A stretch of DNA of 64,000 nucleotides from positions 30,963 through 94,962 of IMG/VR virus record IMGVR_UViG_3300046787_000206; one strand, written 5' to 3'. Positions 17,544 through 27,477 of this stretch are shown piece by piece. The stretch is from a virus. Numbering within the stretch: the first letter of the stretch is position 1; every line of letters begins with the position of its first letter. Position numbers and translations under genes: made by a program. The notes under the pieces are model-generated. The model was not told the DNA's origin, ran no database searches, and saw only the letters and a list, made by a program, of their open reading frames with translations.

Positions 17544-19393
17544 CCGCTGGAGTAAACCCAACACCACTATCCGTCGACTACACCAGTCGTGATTACTACG
17601 CCCTTCGTAATGACTTGATTACTCGTATGAAGAGCAGACTCAGCGACTGGACTGGGGATGACCCAGCCGACTTTGGTCTAGCTATCATTGAGAGCTTTGC
17701 TTACATGGGTGACCTAATCAACTACTACATCGACCGTGTAGCAAACGAATCATTGATTGGAACAGCTACTCAGCGTCAGAGCATCATCAATATTGCTAAG
17801 ACCTATGGATACTCTCCTTCAGGCTATCGTGCTGCGTACATAGGCGTAGAGTTTAGCAATAGCGGAACTGTTGCTTACCTGGTACCTAAGGGAACTCAGC
17901 TTACTGCCAACGTTGCGTACAACGACTCTGTAGTTCAGGTACTCTTTACTACGTTGAGTGATGCAACAGTTCTTCCTGGGGACATCACTGAGGTTCAAGC
18001 TATCCAAGCAGAAGACATTTCTACTCGTGTTGAAAATTATGACGCCAACCTAAGTGGTGAAAGACTAGGTGCTTCTGACGGTCAGCCAGACCAACAGTTT
18101 ACTCTAAGTGAAAACAGGGTGGTGGATGACTCTGTAGAGGTCTGGGTTAAGAATGGAAACGTCTACGAAAAGTGGACCTCTGTTACCCACCTGACTGACT
18201 ATGGACCAAAGGATTCTGTTTACCACCTTACTACTGACTCTAACAACTATGTTTGTGTTAACTTTGGTGACGGTATCTCTGGAGCCATCCCTCCTAAGGA
18301 TTCGGTTATCCGTGCTGTTTACAACAAGGGTGGCGGAGTAGTCGGTAACATTCCAGAGCGTTCGGTTCTAGACATCCACCAGCTATTCGACGTAGATGTC
18401 AACTTAGAGTATGAAATCCGTACTTACGTCACCGCAGCGGCTTCTTCCAAAGGTGCGGGAGGTACGGACCCTGAGGACAACGACAGCATCCGTAAGAATG
18501 CTCCACGTCTTCTAACCGCCCTTAATCGTGCAGTGTCTCTAAAGGACTTCGGCACTTTGGCTCTGGCAGTATCTAACGTAGGTAAGGCCAGCTCAGATGC
18601 TGCTATCTGGAACTCAGTTACCGTGTACATTGCTCCTCAGCAAACCTCTACTAGCTCGGATTTGTATCCAGGATACAACGGTACTCCTAACGTTATTGGG
18701 AACCTAACCCCATCATTCCTAGCTATGCAAGAGGCAGTAAAAAGCTATCTGAGTGACAAAGTTCAGATTGGGGCATCAGTAACTGTAAGCCCACCTACTT
18801 ACGTACCAGTGGCTACGACTATTGAGTACACAAAGAAGCCTGGATACACTGCTGAAAAAGTAGAGGCTAACATTCGTTACGCTATTGCTAATACCTTCTC
18901 TTACAACGACATCGAGTTTGGTCAGGTAATCAGTGCTGAAGAAGTCGAGTCTCGTCTTCGTTACACTGATGGAGTAGCGACTCTTCGCCTTAAGTACTTG
19001 TACCGACTTGCTAGCGGAGTTATGAGCCGCTCAGTTCTAGTTGGAGCTAAGAATGAAATCTTTTCATTCAGCGACGGTGACGTAACTATTGATGAGCTAT
19101 CGTCTGACTCTCTACTAGCAGCTACTACGGGACTTGTAAGCAGTACTGGTGCATTGAACCCTGCGTTCGTGCCTACTTTCTACAACTACAACATTACGTC
19201 TACCACAGCGACAATTACTTTGACACCTACTAGCGCAACTGCTGGCCAGATTATCACAGTAAATGGAACTGTGGCTACTTCTGGTAGCGCAGTCACCATC
19301 AATACTCCTACAGGACTAACAGTAGTTACTGTGACAGTCCTTGCAGCTGATGGAATTACTAACACTACCTACGTAGTCAACATCACTCGATAG
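17540..19393 (+). CDS. Baseplate J / T4 gp6-like wedge protein with C-terminal cadherin-like beta-sandwich
   Basis: VDYTSRDY, FGDGISGAIPP, GGTDPE, RAVSLKDF; C-terminal LNPAF...VTVLAADGITNTTYVVNITR. Confidence 0.9.
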   Translation: MTAGVNPTPLSVDYTSRDYYALRNDLITRMKSRLSDWTGDDPADFGLAIIESFAYMGDLINYYIDRVANESLIGTATQRQSIINIAKTYGYSPSGYRAAYIGVEFSNSGTVAYLVPKGTQLTANVAYNDSVVQVLFTTLSDATVLPGDITEVQAIQAEDISTRVENYDANLSGERLGASDGQPDQQFTLSENRVVDDSVEVWVKNGNVYEKWTSVTHLTDYGPKDSVYHLTTDSNNYVCVNFGDGISGAIPPKDSVIRAVYNKGGGVVGNIPERSVLDIHQLFDVDVNLEYEIRTYVTAAASSKGAGGTDPEDNDSIRKNAPRLLTALNRAVSLKDFGTLALAVSNVGKASSDAAIWNSVTVYIAPQQTSTSSDLYPGYNGTPNVIGNLTPSFLAMQEAVKSYLSDKVQIGASVTVSPPTYVPVATTIEYTKKPGYTAEKVEANIRYAIANTFSYNDIEFGQVISAEEVESRLRYTDGVATLRLKYLYRLASGVMSRSVLVGAKNEIFSFSDGDVTIDELSSDSLLAATTGLVSSTGALNPAFVPTFYNYNITSTTATITLTPTSATAGQIITVNGTVATSGSAVTINTPTGLTVVTVTVLAADGITNTTYVVNITR

Positions 19394-19398
19394 GAATC

Positions 19399-20235
19399 AT
19401 GAGCCACTCAAGAGAACACGGTAGGTTCTACGGGACCTACCGTGGAATCGTATTTGACAACAGGGACCCGTCTAACCTGGGTCGCCTGCGAGTCACTATA
19501 CCTCAGCTCCTTGGCTCTACTCCGACTGAGTGGGCCTGGCCTAAAGAAACCTCTTATCTAAAACCTGAAAAGCCACCCGTAGGTCAGGGTGTGTGGATTG
19601 CGTTTGAAGGTGGAGACCCACTATTCCCTGTATGGATTGGTACGTTCGGAAAGAACAACCAAGATAACAAGCCGCTGTATCTAAAACCACTTGATAACTC
19701 AGAAGACATTTCAGATGTAACTGACCTTCTCGCACTTAACAACAGCGATAGAGAAGTAGACGTTACTCAAACACTGCTGAACATTGCTAGAAACCGTTAC
19801 TACGGGTCGTTTTACAGCACAGCCTCACAGACAGCTGTGCTGGCAAACTCAGCGTATGCGGTGCCACTTAACGTAGTAGATGCAGCAAATGGAATAAGTC
19901 TTGTAAACGGAAACACTGTTCGGATAGAGCACAATGGCGTATACAACATGGCTTTCTCCATCCAGTTTGCTGCAAGCAATAGCTCAGAACACACAGTGAA
20001 CATTTGGCTTAGACACCAGGGCGTAGACGTCCCATTCTCAGCATCTAGAATCTTGTTTAAGGGCCATACGATTGCTGCTTGGAACTTCTTCCTAACCAAC
20101 GATACTGAGCCACAGGATTGGCAGCTCATGTGGTCTTGTGGAACCGCAGATGCGGTGTCAATCTCTACTATCGCCGCATCAGGACCTGTGCCAGAAATTC
20201 CTGGAGTCATCATGACGGTCAACAAAGTCAGGTAG
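19399..20235 (+). CDS. Baseplate spike (gp5/gpV OB-fold) with C-terminal beta-jellyroll domain
   Basis: FYGTYRGIV, DPSNLGRLRVTIP, GVWIAFEGGDPLFPVWIG. Confidence 0.85.
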   Translation: MSHSREHGRFYGTYRGIVFDNRDPSNLGRLRVTIPQLLGSTPTEWAWPKETSYLKPEKPPVGQGVWIAFEGGDPLFPVWIGTFGKNNQDNKPLYLKPLDNSEDISDVTDLLALNNSDREVDVTQTLLNIARNRYYGSFYSTASQTAVLANSAYAVPLNVVDAANGISLVNGNTVRIEHNGVYNMAFSIQFAASNSSEHTVNIWLRHQGVDVPFSASRILFKGHTIAAWNFFLTNDTEPQDWQLMWSCGTADAVSISTIAASGPVPEIPGVIMTVNKVR

Positions 20236-20295
20236 TTGAGCCAGTAACTGGAGGGCAAACCAGAGAAAATAGAAGTTGAAACTTAAGGAGCCGAG

Positions 20296-21093
20296 ATGGC
20301 AGCTAGATACCCAAGCGCAGCAATGCAGTTTGACTATCGTCAAAATGTCACAGACCTAATTCAGGCGCAAGATGTTAACGTCCTTTATGACGAGGCGATA
20401 GCTGTAGGTACCGTACTTGGCCTTACCCCTAACGTAAGCGACACCTGGGGCAGCGGCTCATTTGTCTCTACAACTACTTCTTGGACTACTGTAAAGGCTC
20501 GTCTACAGAACATCGAATACGGAGTATTCACCGCATTTAACAGCCGTGTAAAGACTGACGGTGGAAGCACCATTACTCCAGGAGCAGTGGGAACCAAGGG
20601 CCTAGTAATCAAGGCACAATCTGGACAGACCGCTAACCTGTTCGAGTCTCAGGCCTCAGGCTCAACTACAGCTGTAACAGCAATCAATAGCTCGGGTGTT
20701 TTGTACCACAATGGAGCTGTAGTAGCTACTTTGAGCAACGCAGAAACTTTGAGCAACAAGACTCTTTCTAGCTCGGTTATTAGCGGCTCTACTAATACCT
20801 TCTCAAACATTCCAGTAGCAGCAGTAATCACCTCTGGAACCACAAACATTCAGCAGTATGTAGATGCCAAGGCCAACATCTTCTGGCAGACTTCAGCACC
20901 TACCAGCCCTAAGGATGGCGACATCTGGGTTGACAGTGACTCGACTCCTAGCGCATTCGATGCTACCTCGTTCCTAACCGCAACAAGTCCATCAGTCACT
21001 ACTGGCTTTGGTTACCGACGAATTACAGCATCTACCTCAGCACCACTTTCATCTGACGGAGCAGACGGCGACGTCTGGCTTCAGTATATCTAG
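20296..21093 (+). CDS. Minor tail / fibre protein
   Basis: ETLSNKTL and APT..KDGDIW/DGDVW motifs common in fibre proteins. Confidence 0.65.
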   Translation: MAARYPSAAMQFDYRQNVTDLIQAQDVNVLYDEAIAVGTVLGLTPNVSDTWGSGSFVSTTTSWTTVKARLQNIEYGVFTAFNSRVKTDGGSTITPGAVGTKGLVIKAQSGQTANLFESQASGSTTAVTAINSSGVLYHNGAVVATLSNAETLSNKTLSSSVISGSTNTFSNIPVAAVITSGTTNIQQYVDAKANIFWQTSAPTSPKDGDIWVDSDSTPSAFDATSFLTATSPSVTTGFGYRRITASTSAPLSSDGADGDVWLQYI

Positions 21094-21102
21094 GAGATAT
21101 AA

Positions 21103-21420
21103 ATGGCAAAATACGCATACGTATGGAACTCAGCAACATCTTCGTGGGAGTCTCTGGCTACTCAGCTTCCTAAGGTACCTGTTGCCACCAAGTCTGGCTC
21201 AGAAAGTGTAGCTATTACAGCTAACCCAACGACCAGCACCATCTCCTTGGGAAGCGGCACGTTCACTATTGCCCCACTAATCTTTACTCAGCTGACTTCA
21301 ACAGCTGGAGTGACTATTTCAGTTACTGCAAAAACCACAACAAGTTTCACTGTTTCAATTGCTGGCCAGACCAGCGGCACAGCTACTTTTGACTGGTTCG
21401 CAGTACAGCAGACTGCATAG
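21103..21420 (+). CDS. Small fibre-tip/lectin-like beta protein
   Basis: Thr/Ser-rich; ends TTTSFTV...FDWFAV. Confidence 0.55.
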   Translation: MAKYAYVWNSATSSWESLATQLPKVPVATKSGSESVAITANPTTSTISLGSGTFTIAPLIFTQLTSTAGVTISVTAKTTTSFTVSIAGQTSGTATFDWFAVQQTA

Positions 21421-21432
21421 GAGTAACTTCTC

Positions 21433-23436
21433 TTGACTAGGTATAGTAATGCCAATTATCAGGAAGCTTACTATGGAGATAATTCTTCAAAGCTAACTAA
21501 CTCCGTAGAGCCACTTTACTCAGTAGCTACCAGCTACTCTTCTGTTAGCTTGTCTTGGTCTTCTCCTAAGGGAGCTAATACAGAGTTTATTGCTTTGAGA
21601 CTAGTTCGAAATCAAGACGCATACCCAGAGACCGAGGAAGACGGTGCAATCATCTGGAGCTGGAGAGGCGAAGTAAGTCTCGACACTTCATTTGAAGACG
21701 GTGTTCAGTACAATGAGATTCCGCTATCAGCTGGCCGTTACGTGTACTACACCATGTGGCTACAGAAGATGGATAGCTCTTGGGCTGAGGCTGGAACATC
21801 ATTTACTCTTTTGCCAAAAGCTCACGGAACCGCAGGCGCTCCAGGAGAGCAGCTACTAACTACGCACGACAAATTCATGGACCTTCTTCCTCGTATGTAC
21901 ACTTCAGCGAGCCAGAGCCCACTAGATGAGGTAGATACTGAATCTACTCTTTACAAGTTCTTGTCTGCCATGTCGTTTACGATGGATGAGCACCTTACCT
22001 TCATCGACCTGCTACTACCAGACGCATCTGGTCGCTATTCAAACCCAGGACTTCTAGTAGCTCAAGCAGACCAGTTCGGCATTACTCAGAGCACCTCACA
22101 GGTGTCTAAGAGTGAGAAGCGAATGGTTCGTGAAGCCCTTTACACTTACAGCCGAAAAGGCACTCTAAAGTCGCTAAGTACTTTAGTAGAGAGTGTTACT
22201 GGATTTGCTCCAACAATTACGTTGAGCCCAAACCTTATTCTGACTAATCAGGACAGCACGTTCCACGGAAGCACTGGTTCTTGGCTGGCTGTGGGTGACT
22301 GCGTCATTTCTCACACAAATACCGTGTACCCACCGACTACTGAATCTCTTGCTATCGACATGAACTACACAGGCAAAGTAGTAGTAGCTACAGCTGGTGC
22401 AAAGATTGTAAATGGAGAGTTCTCTCCTACCCACTACGGTGTACCTGTACAGCCTGAGACTGAGTACTCATTCACTGGTTACGTGCAGAAAAGCACTACT
22501 TCTGGAAATGTCACGCTAGCCATTAAGTGGCACGATTTTAATGGAGCAGTCATCAGCACGTCTGCTGGCACCGCAAGTTCAGCAACCACTTCGTGGTCAA
22601 AAAAGACGGTTACAGCAACCTCTCCTGTAGGAGCTGTTTATGCCAGTATCTCGATTACGTTTGCTGCTGCTGGAACTTACTACCTAGACATGCTACAGCT
22701 TGCTGTGTCCTCTGTCCTTGAGTTTAATGAAGCTCGTGGAGTTCGAATTTTCTTGAACCCTAAGAAGTCTAACTACCTAGAAAACCCGTCGTTCTTCCCT
22801 ACAGTTGACACCGATGATACCGACTGGATGCTCAACGGAGTTGCTCCTGTATCAGGCAATTTTGTAACTCCTACGACGCTCACTGGAATCTACGATGGCT
22901 CTCACATGCTTGAGTTTACCATCCCTAACTCACTTACTTCTCATAGTGAGCCAGGGATGCAGCCAGCTTTTTACACGTTCTCTATTTATGCGAAGGCGTC
23001 TGGACCTCGACCATTCGCAGTCACTTTGTCTGCACTAGATGCTACTACTGCAGCGGTTCTAGCCACTAAGACTGAAACAGTGACTGTGACCACATCATGG
23101 GAACGGTACCAAGTTACCCTCGATGCTTCTTCAGTTCCTGCTGGATTTAAGATGTCGGTAGAGTTCAACAATACTTGGAGTTCGTCTGCAACGATTAACG
23201 TAGATGCTGCTCAGCTAGAGCAGTCTTACTCCGCAACAGACTACTTCGACGGAAACATCGCTACTGCTGGAGCTGTGTGGGAAGGTCTTGAGGACGACTC
23301 TCCCTCTCACCTTTACCCAGGAAAGACTGTAAAGATTCCTCGTCTGGTACGAGAGGTCTACAACAGCCTCCCAATTAATACTCCATATTCAATTGAATTG
23401 TACGGTTCAGAACCTGCGATTGGATTTACGAAGTAA
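21433..23436 (+). CDS. Baseplate wedge (P2 gpI-like) protein with carbohydrate-binding-like domains
   Basis: LLPRMY, YSRKGTLKSL...VTGF core; two CBM-like repeats (YSFTGYVQ, YTFSIYAK). Confidence 0.65.
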   Translation: MTRYSNANYQEAYYGDNSSKLTNSVEPLYSVATSYSSVSLSWSSPKGANTEFIALRLVRNQDAYPETEEDGAIIWSWRGEVSLDTSFEDGVQYNEIPLSAGRYVYYTMWLQKMDSSWAEAGTSFTLLPKAHGTAGAPGEQLLTTHDKFMDLLPRMYTSASQSPLDEVDTESTLYKFLSAMSFTMDEHLTFIDLLLPDASGRYSNPGLLVAQADQFGITQSTSQVSKSEKRMVREALYTYSRKGTLKSLSTLVESVTGFAPTITLSPNLILTNQDSTFHGSTGSWLAVGDCVISHTNTVYPPTTESLAIDMNYTGKVVVATAGAKIVNGEFSPTHYGVPVQPETEYSFTGYVQKSTTSGNVTLAIKWHDFNGAVISTSAGTASSATTSWSKKTVTATSPVGAVYASISITFAAAGTYYLDMLQLAVSSVLEFNEARGVRIFLNPKKSNYLENPSFFPTVDTDDTDWMLNGVAPVSGNFVTPTTLTGIYDGSHMLEFTIPNSLTSHSEPGMQPAFYTFSIYAKASGPRPFAVTLSALDATTAAVLATKTETVTVTTSWERYQVTLDASSVPAGFKMSVEFNNTWSSSATINVDAAQLEQSYSATDYFDGNIATAGAVWEGLEDDSPSHLYPGKTVKIPRLVREVYNSLPINTPYSIELYGSEPAIGFTK

Positions 23437-23445
23437 ACTGTCCCT
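23434..23445 (+). promoter_or_regulatory. Possible -10 element for a leaderless mRNA
   Basis: TAAACT-N6-ATG(23446), no SD sequence. Confidence 0.45.
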
Positions 23446-23715
23446 ATGGACACATTAATCGACATCATTATTTCGGGAATCGCTGTCAGCTTCATTGTTG
23501 AGTACCTAATCATGGTAACTGGCGGCCTATTCAATGCTCGAATCGTACGAGCAATTCTAACCCTACCCTTAAGCGCAATTGCCTGTTGGTATCTGGATAT
23601 CTTCGGATTTGAGCTAATTGTTGCTGCGCCCGCTTCCGCTTTCCTATCTCTTGCTGCTACACTTCTTGTGAATCGACCTACAGAAGTTACGCAGGTCGTT
23701 TCACGACGACGATAG
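23446..23715 (+). CDS. Membrane protein, holin-like candidate
   Basis: Three hydrophobic segments and a basic C-terminus (SRRR). Confidence 0.5.
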   Translation: MDTLIDIIISGIAVSFIVEYLIMVTGGLFNARIVRAILTLPLSAIACWYLDIFGFELIVAAPASAFLSLAATLLVNRPTEVTQVVSRRR

Positions 23716-23722
23716 AGGGCAA

Positions 23723-24742
23723 ATGCAAGTTCCAGAAGAGGTGTTAGACAAAGGTCTGACACCTAGGCAGTATTTCCTGCTCGCTCACCTATACCGCAAC
23801 GTTGACCGTTGGGGTGAAGTTCACCTAACTTCAGAAGAGCTAGAGCAGTTGACTAACACTAGTCGCACGACCGTTTGGCGTGACATGACTGTTCTGGAAG
23901 ACCTTGGTTTGGTAGACACTTATCGCACTAAACGAAACTACGGCAAGCTACACAAGAACGTGTATAAGCTAATCTCACCATGTTTCCAGCCAGAAACATT
24001 GCCCGAAGAACCATGTTTCACACCAGAAACATCGGAGCCTGAGGGTAAATCTCTATGTTTCCCGCCAGAAACATCAACAGCTGACCAAGGTAGTCATAAG
24101 CTATTAACTACTACTACAGTTAAAGAATTAAATACTTCGTATTTAATTTACACCGACGCCCCTGGCGTCGTTGTCAAAAAGAAATCTAGGAGGGAGAATA
24201 AACCTATGAACAAATGGCAAGACGATGATGACATCGGCGGATTCGGACTACTGGAGGGTGAAGTTCCTGCAGCACAGCGCCAGAAGCCTGTGAGCAAGAG
24301 GGACCCTAGGACTCGTGTAAACCGTCCACAGCATGAATGGACTGCACAGGATGTAGCCTCAGAGTTTGCTGCACGGATGTACGACAAGGTCCGTGGAGTA
24401 CCGAACCTGGTGAACGTTGGAAAGTTGGCAATCATCATTGCCAGCTATCGCAAAAAGTATGGGCTAACTCCGTTGCTGGAACTGGACGTCTTGGACATGA
24501 TGATGTCTGACGACCGCCGTATCGGAAGCATCAAGAAGCAGCCAACGGACGCTTACAAGATGTTTTTGAAGATGCTCGCAACCCACAACCAGAAGGCCGT
24601 TCAGAATCTCGGGCTAGAGAATCTTGACTCACCGACCGTAGACGAGTATGTTTATGCTTCAGACGGAAAACGTTTCGATAACTCGATGTTTGGTCGCAAG
24701 GCCATGAAGAGTTACGAAGAACAACTAGGGACAAACGCATGA
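23723..24742 (+). CDS. Replication initiator (N-terminal winged HTH)
   Basis: HTH (LEQLTNTSRTTVWRDMTVLEDLGLV); internal iterons; upstream of DnaC-like loader. Confidence 0.75.
   Translation: MQVPEEVLDKGLTPRQYFLLAHLYRNVDRWGEVHLTSEELEQLTNTSRTTVWRDMTVLEDLGLVDTYRTKRNYGKLHKNVYKLISPCFQPETLPEEPCFTPETSEPEGKSLCFPPETSTADQGSHKLLTTTTVKELNTSYLIYTDAPGVVVKKKSRRENKPMNKWQDDDDIGGFGLLEGEVPAAQRQKPVSKRDPRTRVNRPQHEWTAQDVASEFAARMYDKVRGVPNLVNVGKLAIIIASYRKKYGLTPLLELDVLDMMMSDDRRIGSIKKQPTDAYKMFLKMLATHNQKAVQNLGLENLDSPTVDEYVYASDGKRFDNSMFGRKAMKSYEEQLGTNA
23980..24170. repeat. Putative replication origin: three iterons plus AT-rich palindrome
   Basis: ATGTTTC-NNN-CCAGAAACAT at 23980, 24013 and 24055; AATTAAATAC-TTC-GTATTTAATT at 24126-24148. 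Confidence 0.7.
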
Positions 24743-25464
24743 CTTACAAACTAGAAGGGCTGACGCCAATCAAGCGTCACTGGCTATCAGCCAACTCCAA
24801 CATCCCTCACCGCTTCCTGGGCCTAGAGCCTAGCGACATCGCAGAGGACGTTGGCTCGTTCCCACCAGAGATTAACTACTGGCTAGACACAGTGCTGTCT
24901 GGCAAGGTAATTAAGAACCAGGGCGGGCTGGGCACCACAGGCGTAGGTCTGCTCTTCGCAGGACAACCAGGCCTAGGCAAGACAACCCACGCTGTAACGA
25001 CGCTCATGGAGCTCGTACGCCGTCTGCCAGACAACGCCAAGGAGATGGCAAACATCTTCAAGTACAGCCTTGAGGACCTCAGCCTAAACGCTCGACCAAT
25101 CTACTACTTGACTTACCCAGAGTTCCTGAGTCTTAAGAAGTCTCAATTCGACGCTGACGAGGATACCAAGCGCAAGCTGTTCCTTCAGGTCGAAGGTCTC
25201 CATGGGCGTGCCACAGAGGACCGAATGAATGTCCGTGTGTTGGTTCTAGACGACCTAGGAAAAGAGCACACATCAGACTTTAATGACGCTTCATTTGACG
25301 AGGTGCTGCGAGCACGATACGATAAAGGCTTACCGACAATTATCACGACTAACAAGAATCGTGATTCATGGGCAGGGCAATACGGTAAGGCTATGGGGAG
25401 TTTCGTATACGAAGCGTTCCAAAGTGTGTCTATTATTGGAGAGGATTTGAGGACGGGCAAATGA
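24739..25464 (+). CDS. DnaC/IstB-like helicase loader ATPase
   Basis: Walker A GQPGLGKT, Walker B LVLDDLG, PTIITTN. Confidence 0.85.
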   Translation: MTYKLEGLTPIKRHWLSANSNIPHRFLGLEPSDIAEDVGSFPPEINYWLDTVLSGKVIKNQGGLGTTGVGLLFAGQPGLGKTTHAVTTLMELVRRLPDNAKEMANIFKYSLEDLSLNARPIYYLTYPEFLSLKKSQFDADEDTKRKLFLQVEGLHGRATEDRMNVRVLVLDDLGKEHTSDFNDASFDEVLRARYDKGLPTIITTNKNRDSWAGQYGKAMGSFVYEAFQSVSIIGEDLRTGK

Positions 25465-25769
25465 AAGGTTTAGACATGGATATTAAGTGGCGTACAGTGC
25501 AATTCTTTATGTCATTGGAAGGCATCTCAGAAGTTGAGGTAGACGCAGACAACCCACAGAAGGTTCGCTGCTCCTGCACTCAGTTCAACAACTCAGGTCG
25601 CTGCAAGCACAGCAAGTTCATCAAGAAGCAGATGGATGAGAATGATGGTCACTACAACATTCAAATTCCAGCTAACGTTACTGACGAAGAGGCAATCGCA
25701 GCAATCGGTAGCCCAGAGGCATTCCGCAGTTTCATCTTGAAGTACGCCAAGGTAGAAGTAATTGATTAA
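25461..25769 (+). CDS. SWIM zinc-finger protein
   Basis: CSC...CKH motif. Confidence 0.7.
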   Translation: MKGLDMDIKWRTVQFFMSLEGISEVEVDADNPQKVRCSCTQFNNSGRCKHSKFIKKQMDENDGHYNIQIPANVTDEEAIAAIGSPEAFRSFILKYAKVEVID

Positions 25770-26178
25770 TGGAGACATCTCTAACGAGACCCCTCCACGC
25801 ATCATTGTAGTAATTGACGTTGTAGTTCAGGCAGAGGTCGAAGAGACAAAGAAGCTTCTTCGCTCTGTGTCTGAACGCAAAGTCTCAAAACTTAAGAACG
25901 CACAGCTATCTCATCTGTGGAACCTATCTTTCAAGTATGGGCTTTCGGTGGAACTGGCTGCTTTCCAGAGCGAACTTTGGACGCAGACCCACCTAGATAA
26001 CTTGATGGATAAGTTAGACCGTCGAGGGGGAAATCCCTTCAACTACGCAGAGCTGTACAATGACATCGAAGATTTCATTGGAGAATTGCCTTATAGGACA
26101 AACCTAAAAGGCGTGGTAGATTTACGAGAACGGGTAGCACGTTACGGTTCCTGGGGAATCGAACTAGACAACCTATAA
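25762..26178 (+). CDS. Hypothetical protein (possible HAD-like fold)
   Basis: Coupled ORF in the replication operon. Confidence 0.6.
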   Translation: MINGDISNETPPRIIVVIDVVVQAEVEETKKLLRSVSERKVSKLKNAQLSHLWNLSFKYGLSVELAAFQSELWTQTHLDNLMDKLDRRGGNPFNYAELYNDIEDFIGELPYRTNLKGVVDLRERVARYGSWGIELDNL

Positions 26179-26193
26179 AGATTAGAGGGCATC

Positions 26194-27477
26194 ATGGCAG
26201 CGGACAACGAGTACCGTTTAGTCAGTAAGGTCATTAGCGACCGCAACATCATTCCTGTGCTTGAGCGAGGAATTAAGGACGACTGGATTGTAGACGACGA
26301 CTTGCGTCGTATCTGGAAGTTCGTTCGTGAGCACTACGTAAACTACCGTGAAGTTCCTACGGCAGTTACTGTTAGCGACCACTTCCCTAACTTTAAAGTC
26401 CTTAAGGTCGAAGACACAATCGACTACCTTATCGACACTATGGTTGCCTTCCGCCGTAACCTACTCACTCGTAATGGTGTACAAGATGTTGTACAAATCA
26501 TGGCGAAGAACGACCACGAGGCAGCCCTGCTCGAACTGAGCAAGATTGTCACCGTAGTCAATGACCAAGGTGTCATCGGCACTACCCACCTAGATGTTAC
26601 CCAGGACCCAGATAAGTTCTGGGAGGACTACACCAGCATCCAGAATCACAAGCTTCTGGGGGTACCTACAGGTTTCAAGAACATCGATGAGGCAACAGCT
26701 GGTCTGCAAGGCGGACAGCTAATCACAGTGATTGCTCCACCTAAGACTGGTAAGTCGCAGATTAGCCTCCGCATTGCTGCCAACTGTCACGAAGCAGGAA
26801 TGGTGCCAATGTTCCAGTCCTTCGAAATGAATAACCACGAACAGTCTCAGCGCTATCTATCCATGACTGCGCACATTTCTAGCAACAACTTGCGTCGTGG
26901 AAAACTAGACAAAGAAGAAGAGCGCCGTCTAAAGGACCGCATCGAAGACCTGAAGGAAGAACAGCCTTTCCACTTCGTGGACGCAGTCAACGGTCTGACT
27001 ATTGACTCTCTAATGGCTAAGGCAGAGCAGCTAAAGCCAGACGTACTATTCGTTGATGGTGTGTACCTTATGTTGGACCAGGTTACTGGTGAGGCCAACA
27101 CCCCGCAGGCTCTGACTAACATTACTCGTGGCTTGAAGCGTGTCGCACAGCGCCTGAACATCCCTGTAATTATTTCTACCCAGACTCTCCTATGGAAGAT
27201 GAAGGGCGGAAAGGTTTCTGCTGACTCAATCGGTTACTCATCATCATTCTTCCAGGACTCAGACGTAATCCTAGGGCTAGAGCCAGTAGAAGAAGACCCT
27301 AGTGTTCGTCTGCTTAAGGTAGTTCAGGCACGTAACTGCGGTCCAGCAGAGGCTCCATTGACTTGGAACTGGGACACTGGTTGCTTCCACGATGAGCCAG
27401 ACCCAATCACTGGCGCTGGAACTTGTACTTTCTGCAGCCCTGCCACTGCTTCATTCCCGAATGCGCCACGTCTATGA
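26194..27477 (+). CDS. dnaB: DnaB-like replicative helicase
   Basis: GVPTGF, APPKTGKS, SFEM, FVDGVYLM, QDSD motifs. Confidence 0.9.
   Translation: MAADNEYRLVSKVISDRNIIPVLERGIKDDWIVDDDLRRIWKFVREHYVNYREVPTAVTVSDHFPNFKVLKVEDTIDYLIDTMVAFRRNLLTRNGVQDVVQIMAKNDHEAALLELSKIVTVVNDQGVIGTTHLDVTQDPDKFWEDYTSIQNHKLLGVPTGFKNIDEATAGLQGGQLITVIAPPKTGKSQISLRIAANCHEAGMVPMFQSFEMNNHEQSQRYLSMTAHISSNNLRRGKLDKEEERRLKDRIEDLKEEQPFHFVDAVNGLTIDSLMAKAEQLKPDVLFVDGVYLMLDQVTGEANTPQALTNITRGLKRVAQRLNIPVIISTQTLLWKMKGGKVSADSIGYSSSFFQDSDVILGLEPVEEDPSVRLLKVVQARNCGPAEAPLTWNWDTGCFHDEPDPITGAGTCTFCSPATASFPNAPRL

Noticed and set aside
7811-23436. Tail module read as a bacterial extracellular contractile injection system or tailocin
   Set aside because: It is contiguous with a full phage replication module, early genes and a head-closure-like gene
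23446-23715. Complete lysis cassette
   Set aside because: Only a holin-like membrane gene is present; no endolysin was recognised nearby
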